Source of the DNA: Candidatus Poribacteria bacterium
GTDB lineage: Bacteria; Poribacteria; WGA-4E; WGA-3G
Length of the DNA stretch: 64,000 nucleotides
Assembly (NCBI GenBank): GCA_965198235.1
Contig: OZ240248.1
Coordinates: forward strand, 2,624,001 to 2,688,000
Direction of reading: 5' to 3'
A program made the translations under genes and the position numbers. The number at the start of each line of letters is the position of its first letter. Positions within the stretch are counted from its first letter, which is position 1. The notes beneath the pieces are model-generated. The model saw only the letters and a list, made by a program, of their open reading frames with translations, was not told the origin of the DNA and searched no databases. Positions 49,120-59,573 of this stretch are shown piece after piece.

Positions 49120-49194
49120 AATCGGTGGAGTTATTGAGAACGTTGCAAATCACTGTATTCCAAAATCTAACGATGATGTTGCGGAGATGACAAC

Positions 49195-50499
49195 ATGAGC
49201 ATTACCCAATTCACAATGGAAGAAGTCCGTTGTTTTGGTGCACGTCAAACATTTAAGATTCGTCCCCTGACTTTTTTAGTTGGAGAAAATAGCACTGGTA
49301 AAACAACAGCACTCGCGTGTTTTCAGGTGTTAGCAAATTATTTGTGTGATAGGGGAATGGATTTTAACTCACACCCTTACTCTATGGGAACCTTTAGGGA
49401 TATTGTCAGAAATAGCAAAAAAAGAGAGAAAAATTTTAAGCTTGGATTTACTTATGAATACAATAATGAAAATATTGAAACAACAGTTGAGCTCGTTGAA
49501 AAAAAGGCAGGGATAGAACCGATTGTTAGTTCGGTAATAATGAAATTGACTGATGGTGAAATTGTTATTCGGTCCAAAGACACAATGAACAGGGAGGTGC
49601 GTTTAGACTTTTTTGATGAAGAACAGGATCGATATAGAATAGTTTGCGGAACTGATATATTAAACGAGCTTCCTTTGTTCTTCTTGTTCCCACCTTTTGG
49701 AGGGAAATCTGAGGGGGAAATTGCTTTCTCGAAATATTTTGAGAAAAAAGGTGAAAAATCTAAAAAAAGCAGTTATCTACCATGGGATCCCCTTAGAACT
49801 CTGCCGGTATTTAGTACATCACCGGTTCGCTCACGACCTAAGCGAACTTATGATCCGACGCGAGAATTTAACGATCCGGAGGGTAGTGATGTTCCTATGT
49901 ATTTAATGCGGATTGAGGCAACCCAAAAAGAGAATTGGGAGGGATTGAAGCAGCAGTTGGTCGAATTTGGTAAGAGTTCAGGATTGTTTCAGAACATAAA
50001 AATAAAAAAACTTGGGCGATCCTTGGGTGCCCCCTTCCAGCTTCAATTCAAAGTAAGAGGACCTACTTCTAATATTATCGATGTTGGTTACGGTGTCAGT
50101 CAAATTCTGCCGATCTTGGTGCAGATCTTAAATCCTAATATATCTCGGGGTACCCCTAGATTGTCGAGTTTTTCCTTATTACAACAGCCTGAAGTCCATT
50201 TACACCCAAGAGCACAGGCGGAATTCTCTTCTTTATTGGCGAGATTAGCGAATAAAGGCAACAGTTCATTCATTATTGAAACCCATAGCGACTATATGAT
50301 TGACCGTGCCCGTATTGAAATTAGAAAGGGAAATATCCGGCCCGAAGATGTGTCCCTAATATACTTTGAGCCGAAGGGAAATATCGTCAAGGTACATAAT
50401 ATCAGTTTTGATAAGATGGGTAATATGGAAGGCGTGCCACCACATTATGGAGAATTTTTTCTGAAGGAGACCGATAGACTCATGGGATTTGAGGATTAA
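49195..50499 (+). CDS. AAA_21-type ABC ATPase (DUF3696-like)
   Basis: GENSTGKTT, DVGYGVSQILP, LQQPEVHLHP, IETHSD; AT-rich. Confidence 0.8.
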   Translation: MSITQFTMEEVRCFGARQTFKIRPLTFLVGENSTGKTTALACFQVLANYLCDRGMDFNSHPYSMGTFRDIVRNSKKREKNFKLGFTYEYNNENIETTVELVEKKAGIEPIVSSVIMKLTDGEIVIRSKDTMNREVRLDFFDEEQDRYRIVCGTDILNELPLFFLFPPFGGKSEGEIAFSKYFEKKGEKSKKSSYLPWDPLRTLPVFSTSPVRSRPKRTYDPTREFNDPEGSDVPMYLMRIEATQKENWEGLKQQLVEFGKSSGLFQNIKIKKLGRSLGAPFQLQFKVRGPTSNIIDVGYGVSQILPILVQILNPNISRGTPRLSSFSLLQQPEVHLHPRAQAEFSSLLARLANKGNSSFIIETHSDYMIDRARIEIRKGNIRPEDVSLIYFEPKGNIVKVHNISFDKMGNMEGVPPHYGEFFLKETDRLMGFED

Positions 50500-50502
50500 G
50501 TG

Positions 50503-50920
50503 ATGTGTGTTGTTTTGGATGCCAATTGTATTGGCAAATTTAATAAGGGGATAGATGAAGATATAAAGCCCGTGAGGCACTGGGTGTATAACAGAAATGG
50601 TAAAATCGTTTACGCGAATACCGAAAAGTTTAGAGGAGAATGGAAGAGCGCGGGAGGGTACAAATTGAGGCGGGAACTGCTAAGACGGAACAAACTCAAA
50701 GAGATGCTAGCTCAGGATGTAGTAGAGAAAGAGAATGGACTCAAGGGAGAAATAACATCAGACGACGAGCATATTATCGCATTAGCCATAGTAGCCGAAG
50801 TAAAAGTATTGGTTTCCGACGATATAAAACTAATCAGAGATTTTAAGAATCACATAACTCGGGGAAAAGTGTATAGAACAAAGAAACACACACCTATTGA
50901 AGAAAGACACCTGCCCTTAA
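50503..50920 (+). CDS. PIN-domain-like protein; 3' end probably frameshifted at a (CA)n run
   Basis: VVLDAN, SDDEHIIALA, LVSDD acidic PIN pattern. Restoring 2 nt at about 50887-50893 gives ...KKHTHLLKKDTCP* ending at 50920. Confidence 0.62.
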
Positions 50921-50971
50921 AATGTGGGCGGTGCGAGGCACGGCGACCTCGCACTACCGCACAATCTCCCT

Positions 50972-52645
50972 TTAGGAAGGCATCCACGTCCGTGGTGCAA
51001 TCCCTTCCACATGCGTTTTCACATCCACGACCGCCGGTCTCCCGGAATCAAGTGCCTGATCCAGTGCGCCCGCGAATTCACTCGGTTTGTTGACCCTAAT
51101 TCCGAGGCATCCCATCGATTCTGCCATCTTAGCGAAGTCCGCATCTGGGAACAACCAGAGTTCGTCGGAACCGGAGGTCCGACCACCGTAAACCGACTCA
51201 ACACCACCCTGCTCCTGATTCAGTGAGTGGTTGTTGTTCACAACGATAACAGCGTTAATCCCGGACTTCATTGCCGTGTCGAGTTCAGCTATATGATACC
51301 AGATACCGCCGTCGCCTGTGAAACAGACCACCGGTCTATCGGGTTGCGCGCACTTTGCACCCATCGCCGCGGGAAGTCCCCATCCCAACGAACCTGAACA
51401 ACGTATGAAGCTCTGATCGGGATGTTTAAAATCGATCATCGTGCCGGTCCAGATGCCTGAATGTCCCGTGTCAGATACAAGGATCGCGTCTGACGGGAGA
51501 TAGTCTGTCAGTTCACGGCAGAGTCGTTCTGGTAGCATCGGCAACCGTTCCGAGTTCACTTTTTCACTGACATCCTCTTTCCAGTTTTTCACTAATTCCT
51601 GGATACGGCTAACCCATTCAGTACGCGGCTCGGCGGTTTCTGACGCTTCAAGCATCCGGCGCAGTGTGTTCCGCACATCTCCCTGCATTCCTAACTGAAT
51701 TGGATAATTCCGTCCCAGTTCATCTGGGTTAATATCGAGTTGTACAATCGGTGTCCCTTGTGGTGGAATCTTGTATCCGTTGGTTACCTGTCCGCCGGTA
51801 TGGCTTCCGATAAAGAAGACAAGGTCTGCTTCGCACACGGCTTGATTGGCGCACGCCCGTGAGTATGAACCGGGAGTCCCGACTGCCAGTGGATGGTCAC
51901 TCGGGAACATCGCCTTTGCATTCAGGGAGGTCGCTACCGGAATCGAGAGTTTCTCTGCCAATGCGACAAGTTCTGATCGGGCGTCTGAAGCCGTTACACC
52001 GCCACCTGCCACAATGATGGGGCGTTCCGCATCGGAGAGGATGCTGAGGGCTTCCGTTACCTTTTCTGCTTCTGCTTCTGGTCGGAACGGGGGTAATTGG
52101 GTAAATGACTCTTCAATGATTACTTCAAATTCACCCTCCCGATCAATAACCGACGTTCCCGCGATGCCTTCGAAATCGAGATGGGCAGGTCCTGGTGTCC
52201 CTGTTGTCGCAGCACGGAAAACTTGACGTAGATAGAAGGGCAACTGCTCCGGTGTCGCGACGTATGCACTGTATTTCGTAACAGCAGAAAATGGGTTGAC
52301 GTGATCTACCTCTTGATAGGCATGCCGTTGTTGATTGATTTGGTTTTCCTTGCCGGTAATCGCAATCACTGGTGAGCAAGCGAGATAGGCATCTTGTAGT
52401 CCGGCAGCGAGGTTCACGGCTCCGACTGATTGTGCCATACAGAGACTCGGACGACGGTTCACACGGGCATAAGCGTCAGCCATATACGCTGCTGCTTTCT
52501 CACCGTGCGTCTGAACCCGCTTAATCCCGAGATTTTCCATCTCCATTAAAGCCCGCGGTCCGATATACGGCATAAAAAAAGCGTGGGTAATCCCATATCC
52601 GTGGACGGTTTCAGCAATAAATTTAGCACCTGTCATTTTCGGCAT
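50972..52645 (-). CDS. Thiamine diphosphate-dependent enzyme (acetolactate synthase large-subunit-like)
   Basis: HGEKAAAYMADAYAR, GSLGWGLPAAMG, TGDGG...NN ThDP motif. Confidence 0.9.
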   Translation of the reverse strand: MPKMTGAKFIAETVHGYGITHAFFMPYIGPRALMEMENLGIKRVQTHGEKAAAYMADAYARVNRRPSLCMAQSVGAVNLAAGLQDAYLACSPVIAITGKENQINQQRHAYQEVDHVNPFSAVTKYSAYVATPEQLPFYLRQVFRAATTGTPGPAHLDFEGIAGTSVIDREGEFEVIIEESFTQLPPFRPEAEAEKVTEALSILSDAERPIIVAGGGVTASDARSELVALAEKLSIPVATSLNAKAMFPSDHPLAVGTPGSYSRACANQAVCEADLVFFIGSHTGGQVTNGYKIPPQGTPIVQLDINPDELGRNYPIQLGMQGDVRNTLRRMLEASETAEPRTEWVSRIQELVKNWKEDVSEKVNSERLPMLPERLCRELTDYLPSDAILVSDTGHSGIWTGTMIDFKHPDQSFIRCSGSLGWGLPAAMGAKCAQPDRPVVCFTGDGGIWYHIAELDTAMKSGINAVIVVNNNHSLNQEQGGVESVYGGRTSGSDELWLFPDADFAKMAESMGCLGIRVNKPSEFAGALDQALDSGRPAVVDVKTHVEGIAPRTWMPS

Positions 52646-52917
52646 AGTTCTTTCTCCTCTCTTTTCGAGTAGCTTGCAAGCGAAAACTTGCTATTAGAAG
52701 TCGGTGTGGTTTGCAACACGATGTGATATCCATTTTACCAGTTTTCGGCGTAACTTGCAAGTGTGAACTTGAAATCGGAATAAAGTTGGTAGCAAATCGC
52801 CAGAGGTGCTATGATTGTCTCACCGATTTTAAAGGCAAGTTTTGAAAGTCTCGAAACCAGACCAGAAATTTTCCATAAATGCGGAAATAAACCCGCTTCC
52901 GCAAGGGGGAAAGCACC

Positions 52918-53755
52918 ATGAAAAGGCTAAACTATCTCCTCTTATGCACGCTAACTATCGCTATATTTACCCACAATGCATATACAGAAACCGTAGTGAC
53001 AGATGGACTCGTGAGTTATTGGACGTTTGATCGGCAGGACATTGCGGGTGGCACAGTCAAAGATGTCTGGGGTGAGAATGATGGCACGATAGTCGGTGCT
53101 CCGAAAATTGTCGGCGGACAGGTCGGAGAAGCACTTGAATTTGATGGAAGTGATGATTATGTCAACTTGACAAACCTCGGCGATTTTGGAGGTCAAGTCG
53201 CCGCATCTACCTTTGAAGCTTGGGTTAAAACCGATTTCAAAAAGGATTGGACAACGCTTTTCAAGGTCCTCGATCAGGGATGCAATATGGCGTGGGCAAT
53301 CGATGTCAACCGGAGTGCAAAAGCAGGTTTTCCGTTGGCTGAGGATATCGTTCACTACTATGTCCGTCAGAAATCGCCGGCGGGATGTAACGCAATTGCT
53401 GTTGAGATCGAATTCGCTCTGTCGGATGGCAAATGGCACCACATCGTTTTTGCAATTGTAGACACCGGCAAGTCCGAGATCAGTATCTATATGGATGGTG
53501 AACCACAGGAAGTTATTGAAGGTGCTGTAAAGGATCTTGACACGTTTGTCCCGTTTGTGGAGCCTGTCTATATCGGCGCGGCAAACAATCGTCGAGCGAT
53601 TTTTCCCCGGTGTCATTGATGAAGTCCGCATTTATGATCGACCCCTCACAGCAGGCGAAGTGACCCGGAATTTTGAATCGAAAATCGGATTGTCTGTCCA
53701 AGCGGACGAGAAATTGCCTATTGTCTGGGCGACTCTCAAGACAATCTTAAAATGA
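52918..53755 (+). pseudogene. LamG-like secreted protein with a frameshift near 53590
   Basis: One frame runs to YIGAANNR; another continues VERFFPGVIDEVRIYDRPL...KLPIVWATLK. Confidence 0.8.
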
Positions 53756-53843
53756 TGGACAAAACGTCTTTAGAACGCCGAAATCTGTTTTTGAATTGCT
53801 ATTTCAGATGCCCGTTATTTCTCCGCAAGGAACAATTAAAAAT

Positions 53844-54629
53844 ATGCTAACACCTCACGAAAAATGGTTCTTCGATCACCACGGGTTCATTATCCTCCGC
53901 AAAGTCGTGCCACCCGAGGATATCGAGCGAATGATTCAGCTCGGTAACCAATGGCATGACACGCCCTTGGATGAGCTTCCGCCGCCGCTCACCTCTACGT
54001 CCCGAACTGGTGATACTTCCCCGACGATTGCACATTGGATTAATCATATCCAATACGGCGATCCCGTCTTTCAACGGCTTGTGCTTAACCGCGAGATTAT
54101 ACGGGTGATTATTGCCCTGACGCGGGGAACTCCCTGTCTCGTTGATTGCGCCTTGACGAAGAATTACAAAACCTCCGATGACATCCACTTCCATGCCTCC
54201 GGTCAAGATTATAGTGTTGACACCGCAGAACCTCGTGCGGGTTTCCTCAACGCTGGCACCTCCTTGGTGGATGTGCCAGCGGAAACAGGGTTCGTCTGTC
54301 TACCCGGAAGCCATAAGCGCAACTTTGAGCCACCCGATGCCCTCTCAATCTACGATGGGCCACCTACGGTTATCAACGTTCCTGTCAACGCTGGCGATTG
54401 TGTCGTCTTTACAGAAGCACTCTATCACGGCGGAAGACGCTGGACAGAATCCTATCCTCGATACACTATTTTTAACCGCTATATTGATAATGCATCACAC
54501 AATTCCCTTCCCATTGAAAGCCATAAACACCTGATTTCGGATGATGTTTATGAATTGGAACAGCCCGCAATCCAAGGACAACGAAAACGGATAGTAGAAC
54601 GTATCCTGAGTGAATTGGACACGCGTTGA
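53844..54629 (+). CDS. PhyH-like Fe(II)/2-oxoglutarate oxygenase (HxS variant)
   Basis: EKWFFDHHGF, IHFHAS, GFVCLPGSHK, AGDCVVFTEALYHG. Confidence 0.8.
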   Translation: MLTPHEKWFFDHHGFIILRKVVPPEDIERMIQLGNQWHDTPLDELPPPLTSTSRTGDTSPTIAHWINHIQYGDPVFQRLVLNREIIRVIIALTRGTPCLVDCALTKNYKTSDDIHFHASGQDYSVDTAEPRAGFLNAGTSLVDVPAETGFVCLPGSHKRNFEPPDALSIYDGPPTVINVPVNAGDCVVFTEALYHGGRRWTESYPRYTIFNRYIDNASHNSLPIESHKHLISDDVYELEQPAIQGQRKRIVERILSELDTR

Positions 54630-54638
54630 GGTTTTACC

Positions 54639-56780
54639 ATGCAAAAGCGTGAAACTGCCGAACAGAAGTCGTATCCACTGGGTGAACCGGGACAGATGGC
54701 GACATATCAACGTGAAAGCGGAGAATCACTACCGAACGCCGTTGTGAAGACGCTAACTGTAGTAATCGGTTCGGTTGAGGAAAAGACTGGCGTGTCGTCC
54801 CAGTGGATCTGTCTCCGTGCAACGAAAGCATCCGGTGAAAAATTCGCTGTCTGGTTGCTTGGCGAAAACGTACCGTCCGAGGATCTGAAGGTAGCCCGCG
54901 CTGCCACATCTCGCTACATCCTGCAGATCGGAGACGACATTCCCTTGGAATTCCGAGATAGGTTCACTGGAGAGCCTGTCCTACCCGGTCTCGGTACGTG
55001 GCAATATCTCTTCCCGAAATCTACGGACAAAACAGCGCAGAATAGTCTCTTCCCAGAAATAGCAAAATGCCTTGGTCATACCTATCGACTTACGCGTATA
55101 TCCGATTCAAGCGAATCTGCTGCACCACCGGAAGACACGCGGCTCCTTTCTCTCCGTCCCGATGTCCTCATCGGACCGCCCAGCAACACGAGACAGAGGG
55201 ATGAAACCCGTCGCTATGATATGTCTGATTACGAACTCCTCCCATTGACCGAAGTCGATTACGACGAGATGATTGAGGCGGGGATCAACTGTGTTCGCGT
55301 TGATACTGAACAGGTCGAATGGGTTAAAAATCGCAACGTTTTTTATTGGGGAATCGACGCGGCGACACTCGGCTATCCTGAGTGTTTATACCGAAGCAAC
55401 TACCTCGGTCCTGCTATTTTCATGGACGAACCCGCTGTCTGCACGCGGGACCACGTGCTTAGACCCAAGTTGGAAGCAGATGCTGATTTTCGGAAAGCCT
55501 TAACACCACAACTCGCATTTGAAGCGTTTCAAAACTACTTCCACACCGCTAAATACGATGGCGCACCCACGCGGCTATGCAAAGGCTTAGAGGCACACCC
55601 GGACGTAGATTTGGGAGATATGGAGTTTCTTCAGGAAAATCTATATACCTGGGACACCATCATCAGTTCAGCGGCGTATCAACTCTCAGAGGGAAACACC
55701 GAATCTCCTATCGCGATCGTTTTTGAGCCGCCCGGCAGAGTCGGAACAATGAGAACGCTACCTGAAATGAATATGGTTTACGGTTGCCAGATCCCGATAG
55801 ACAACCCGAAAAATCTTGCGAGTATCCTCTACGGCTTCCTTCGGGGTGCCGCCAGACAAACCGATAAAGGGTGGGGCATGAGTATCTACGGACAGGTCCA
55901 CCGTGCCGATGCCTTCTGGCTCCAGACACACGCTTACGATTTAGGTGCGCGGCATTTCCACTACTGGGATAACTATCAACTCGCCTGTGTGCCTTATAGT
56001 GAAATCCTGGCACTTTCACGAAATTTAAGTGCCCACGTCGAAAGCCATCCCGATAGGAATCTTGCCGAACTCCGCACGGCTGCTGAAATCGTTATCCTCC
56101 TACCACCCGGCTACAATCTCGGACATGTTGAGATGGGCAGGGGCAATCTCTGGGGGTTAGGAGAACTCAATTTAGAACGGCGTAATAGGGAAGGGGTCAA
56201 ATACCGCACCGTAATGCACAACTTTTTTACCGAAATTGAGAGAGCGATTCGACTCGGTGTTGCTTTCGACCTTATCTGGGATTTGGAAGGACTCAAATTG
56301 TCCAATTATCGAGAAGTCGTCCGCATCCGGGAAGACGGTAAGGTGGAGGTCCGTGAAGGTGAGGAGACGGGCTTACACGAAGGCGCGAGAACCCCAACCC
56401 GTCCAACCGGTATCCCTCCAACTCTGACAGTTGATGTGTCTATACCGCATGCCGAAACACCCCTCGAAGTCCGTGCCTGTGCCACTGTAACCGATGGATC
56501 TGCCTCTGTTTACTACACACGAGGCGCAGACGAAAGCGGTATCTACAATAATGAGATAGTGCTCTGGGAATTGTTCGGTCCAGGGGAGGAAGATTACCGT
56601 TTCCTGAACAGAGATCACTCCGAAATTCGCATCGATCAAACGGAATCGGTAGCCGAGGTGGAGATTCGTTTTAGTCTTAAACACCCTGGGAATTACCGTC
56701 TCCGAGCCGCAACCGTCGACATGGCAGGCCGTACGGCAGTCGTATGGAAAACCATTACTGTTTCCAGTAAGTATACCTAA
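54639..56780 (+). CDS. Hypothetical protein (possible TIM-barrel core plus Ig-like C-terminus)
   Basis: 713-aa ORF; FMDEP motif; C-terminal GNYRLRAATVD. Confidence 0.65.
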   Translation: MQKRETAEQKSYPLGEPGQMATYQRESGESLPNAVVKTLTVVIGSVEEKTGVSSQWICLRATKASGEKFAVWLLGENVPSEDLKVARAATSRYILQIGDDIPLEFRDRFTGEPVLPGLGTWQYLFPKSTDKTAQNSLFPEIAKCLGHTYRLTRISDSSESAAPPEDTRLLSLRPDVLIGPPSNTRQRDETRRYDMSDYELLPLTEVDYDEMIEAGINCVRVDTEQVEWVKNRNVFYWGIDAATLGYPECLYRSNYLGPAIFMDEPAVCTRDHVLRPKLEADADFRKALTPQLAFEAFQNYFHTAKYDGAPTRLCKGLEAHPDVDLGDMEFLQENLYTWDTIISSAAYQLSEGNTESPIAIVFEPPGRVGTMRTLPEMNMVYGCQIPIDNPKNLASILYGFLRGAARQTDKGWGMSIYGQVHRADAFWLQTHAYDLGARHFHYWDNYQLACVPYSEILALSRNLSAHVESHPDRNLAELRTAAEIVILLPPGYNLGHVEMGRGNLWGLGELNLERRNREGVKYRTVMHNFFTEIERAIRLGVAFDLIWDLEGLKLSNYREVVRIREDGKVEVREGEETGLHEGARTPTRPTGIPPTLTVDVSIPHAETPLEVRACATVTDGSASVYYTRGADESGIYNNEIVLWELFGPGEEDYRFLNRDHSEIRIDQTESVAEVEIRFSLKHPGNYRLRAATVDMAGRTAVVWKTITVSSKYT

Positions 56781-57236
56781 TCTCGTAGGACTGTTGTCAA
56801 TACACCCTTTTCAATTTCCCATTTTATTTTTGGAATTCGGCTTAAATCTTGGATTTTATGCAACCTTTAGATCTTTAGACCCGCCTGCAAAACACTGAAT
56901 CTATCTGCTTTCAGAGGTGCCTTGTATAGAGGTGATACACTTTTCGGGCTTACTGACGGGATTTCTTATGTCCGTTTTGCGACATATATCACGTATTCTA
57001 CGACCTTCTAAGAAATGCGGTAAATGCGTCTGAATTAATCTGACTTAAAAATTCCAAATGTAGTATAATGACATATCGGAAGATATGAAGAACAAAACCG
57101 ATCTGGCACGTCCCTACGCATTCCTCAGTGAAGCAAAGTGGCATGCTTCTAACCCGGCGCGCAGGTTTAAACATTAAAATTCTTTCATCGTCTTAAAATT
57201 ACAAGCATACGTAAAATAAGTGAGGAGGAGCAAAAT

Positions 57237-58592
57237 TTGCACCACCGAAAACCGATTTTTTTGGCGCAGCTTGCAAGCCAAAACTTGCTTTACAAAAGTC
57301 GGCTATTCATCTGCCTTTTTCTGGTTGCCGTTCCTATGCACGCCATCGCTGGCGATTGGCCAACATGGCGGGGACCAAATCAGGATGGCACTTCTGCCGA
57401 AACCGGACTCATCTCGACTTGGTCGACCGAAGGTGAGAACCTTCTCTGGAAGGCAGAATTCATAGGGCGCTCTACACCGATCGTTCTCAACGACAGAGTC
57501 TACGTCATCGGGCGTGTCGGCAAAGATATCACCGAACAGGAACGTATCGCCTGCTTCGATGCAGAAACCGGCAAACTGGTCTGGAATTATCAATTCAACG
57601 TCTTTCATACCACTATCTCCTTCAACCGAGTCGGATGGACAAGCCTCGCTGGCGATCTCGAAACCGGAAATGTTTATGCACACGGTGTCCAAGGACTCTT
57701 CTTCTGTTTCGACAAGGATGGAAACATCCTCTGGTCGCGTTCGCTCACGGAAGAATATGGACGGATATCCGGTTATGGCGGACGGGTCCATACCCCTGTT
57801 ATCGCTGGCGACCTCGTCGTCATTAGTTATCTCAATTCTGGATGGGGTGACCAAGCCGCCACCCGCCACCGCTATTTTGCTTTCGACAAACGCACTGGCG
57901 AACTGATTTGGGTTTCAACTCCCGGCGGTAGACCGTTAGACACTACCTATTCCACACCAGTCGTCGCGAATATCAACGGACAGCAACTCATCATCGGTGG
58001 CAATGCTGATGGCGGCATTTACGCTATGAAACAGAGCACCGGAGAGATGGTCTGGGGATTTAAACTGAGTCAGCGTGGTATCAATACGTCCGTCATCGTT
58101 TCAGGCACGAAAGTCTATGCCACGCATAGCGAAGAGAATATAGATACTACCACGATGGGACGGGTCGTCTGTATTGACACAACCGGTACTGGGGATGTCA
58201 CCCAAACTCACGAACTTTGGCGATATGATGGCGTTAATGTCGGATACGCGTCTCCTACAATTCACGCAGGACACCTCTATGTTGTAGATAACTCCGCGAA
58301 CGTTCATGCCGTTAGTGCTGACACCGGTGAAACATACTGGGAACACAACATCGGTAAAGTCGGGAAAGGTTCCCCTGTCTGGGCAGATGGGAAACTCTAT
58401 GTCACCGAAGTCAATGGTGGCTTCACTATCCTTCAACCCAGCGAAGAGGGATGTGAGTCGCTAAGTGTTCAAGAGATAAGCCGAGCCAAAGATGAACACT
58501 ACGTCGAAATTTACGGTTCATCCGCTATTGCTGATGGACGTATCTATTTCACTACAGAGGAACACCTCTACTGTATCGGGGGGACAAAGTAA
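57237..58592 (+). CDS. Secreted PQQ-like (BamB-type) beta-propeller protein
   Basis: DWPTWRGP, repeated D.ETGKLVW and SPV.ADG.LY motifs; TTG start after gaggagga. Confidence 0.85.
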   Translation: MHHRKPIFLAQLASQNLLYKSRLFICLFLVAVPMHAIAGDWPTWRGPNQDGTSAETGLISTWSTEGENLLWKAEFIGRSTPIVLNDRVYVIGRVGKDITEQERIACFDAETGKLVWNYQFNVFHTTISFNRVGWTSLAGDLETGNVYAHGVQGLFFCFDKDGNILWSRSLTEEYGRISGYGGRVHTPVIAGDLVVISYLNSGWGDQAATRHRYFAFDKRTGELIWVSTPGGRPLDTTYSTPVVANINGQQLIIGGNADGGIYAMKQSTGEMVWGFKLSQRGINTSVIVSGTKVYATHSEENIDTTTMGRVVCIDTTGTGDVTQTHELWRYDGVNVGYASPTIHAGHLYVVDNSANVHAVSADTGETYWEHNIGKVGKGSPVWADGKLYVTEVNGGFTILQPSEEGCESLSVQEISRAKDEHYVEIYGSSAIADGRIYFTTEEHLYCIGGTK

Positions 58593-59512
58593 TGAAAAAG
58601 TATATTCCAATTTACGCTATCCCGATTGTGTGCCTCCTCGTCATCGGTTGTGCCAGCAAAGAGATAGCACCAGAACCGGTTGAGATGAGCACGGCTCCTG
58701 CTGTTTCACTGTTGCTGACCCCCGCAGAAGTACTTACATCAGGCAACCCTGTTACGTTCAACGTCATCGGGTTCGATGCAGGCGGAAAACGGACGAGTGC
58801 GATTGATGCCGTAGAATGGATGAAAGTCGGCTTAACCGGTACCCTCCAAGACAACACATTCACACCCGATGAAAGTGCCGGGGCACACGCAGGCACAGTC
58901 ACTGCCCAATCCGGCGATATGAAAGCGACGGCTCGCATCCGCGTCATTCCATCACTCCCGTGGACAGAGGATTTTGAGACAATTGAACTTGAGAAGATAC
59001 CTACGCACTGGATTGGTGCGACCGGCAAATTCTTTGTGCGTGAAAAAGATGGTGGTAAAGTCTTAGTCAAAACGCCTGTCCAACGCGGCTTAAACCGCTC
59101 CAACGTCTATCTCGGTCCCTCAACAATGAAGAACTATCAGATTCAAGTTGACCTGATGGGAACCAGAAATAAGCGCAGACTGCCAGACCTGGGCTTAATT
59201 GCGAATCGTTACACATTGGATATGCAGGGCAGACACCAACGCTTGCAAATCCGTTCGTGGGCATCCGATTTACGCATGGCGAAAACAATCGACTTCGCGT
59301 GGGAGATGGATGTCTGGTATACAATGAAAATGATGGTAGAGGTTATGGAGGATAAAGCAGTAATTCACGGAAAGGTATGGCGCACCGGTGAACCTGAACC
59401 CACAGAATGGACGATTACTGCCGAAGACCCACTTCCAAATCGAGAGGGGAGCCCCGGCATCTACGGCTACTCCGCAACGGAAATCTATTACGACAATCTA
59501 AAAGTGTGGTAA
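58592..59512 (+). CDS. Lipoprotein with Ig-like and ConA/LamG-like domains
   Basis: Lipobox LVIGC; TAATG stop/start overlap with the upstream gene; WYTMKM...GKVW...EPTEW...GSPGIYG...DNLKV. Confidence 0.7.
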   Translation: MKKYIPIYAIPIVCLLVIGCASKEIAPEPVEMSTAPAVSLLLTPAEVLTSGNPVTFNVIGFDAGGKRTSAIDAVEWMKVGLTGTLQDNTFTPDESAGAHAGTVTAQSGDMKATARIRVIPSLPWTEDFETIELEKIPTHWIGATGKFFVREKDGGKVLVKTPVQRGLNRSNVYLGPSTMKNYQIQVDLMGTRNKRRLPDLGLIANRYTLDMQGRHQRLQIRSWASDLRMAKTIDFAWEMDVWYTMKMMVEVMEDKAVIHGKVWRTGEPEPTEWTITAEDPLPNREGSPGIYGYSATEIYYDNLKVW

Positions 59513-59573
59513 TCTTTTAATCGACACCACGCGCGAATATACAGACTGCGACGAAACAGAAGGAGTCGTTCAA

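Noticed and set aside
56781-57236. ncRNA or riboswitch in the 450-bp intergenic region
   Set aside because: I see no recognisable riboswitch core, tRNA fold or strong hairpin, only a TATAAT near 57064; an Rfam scan would be needed.
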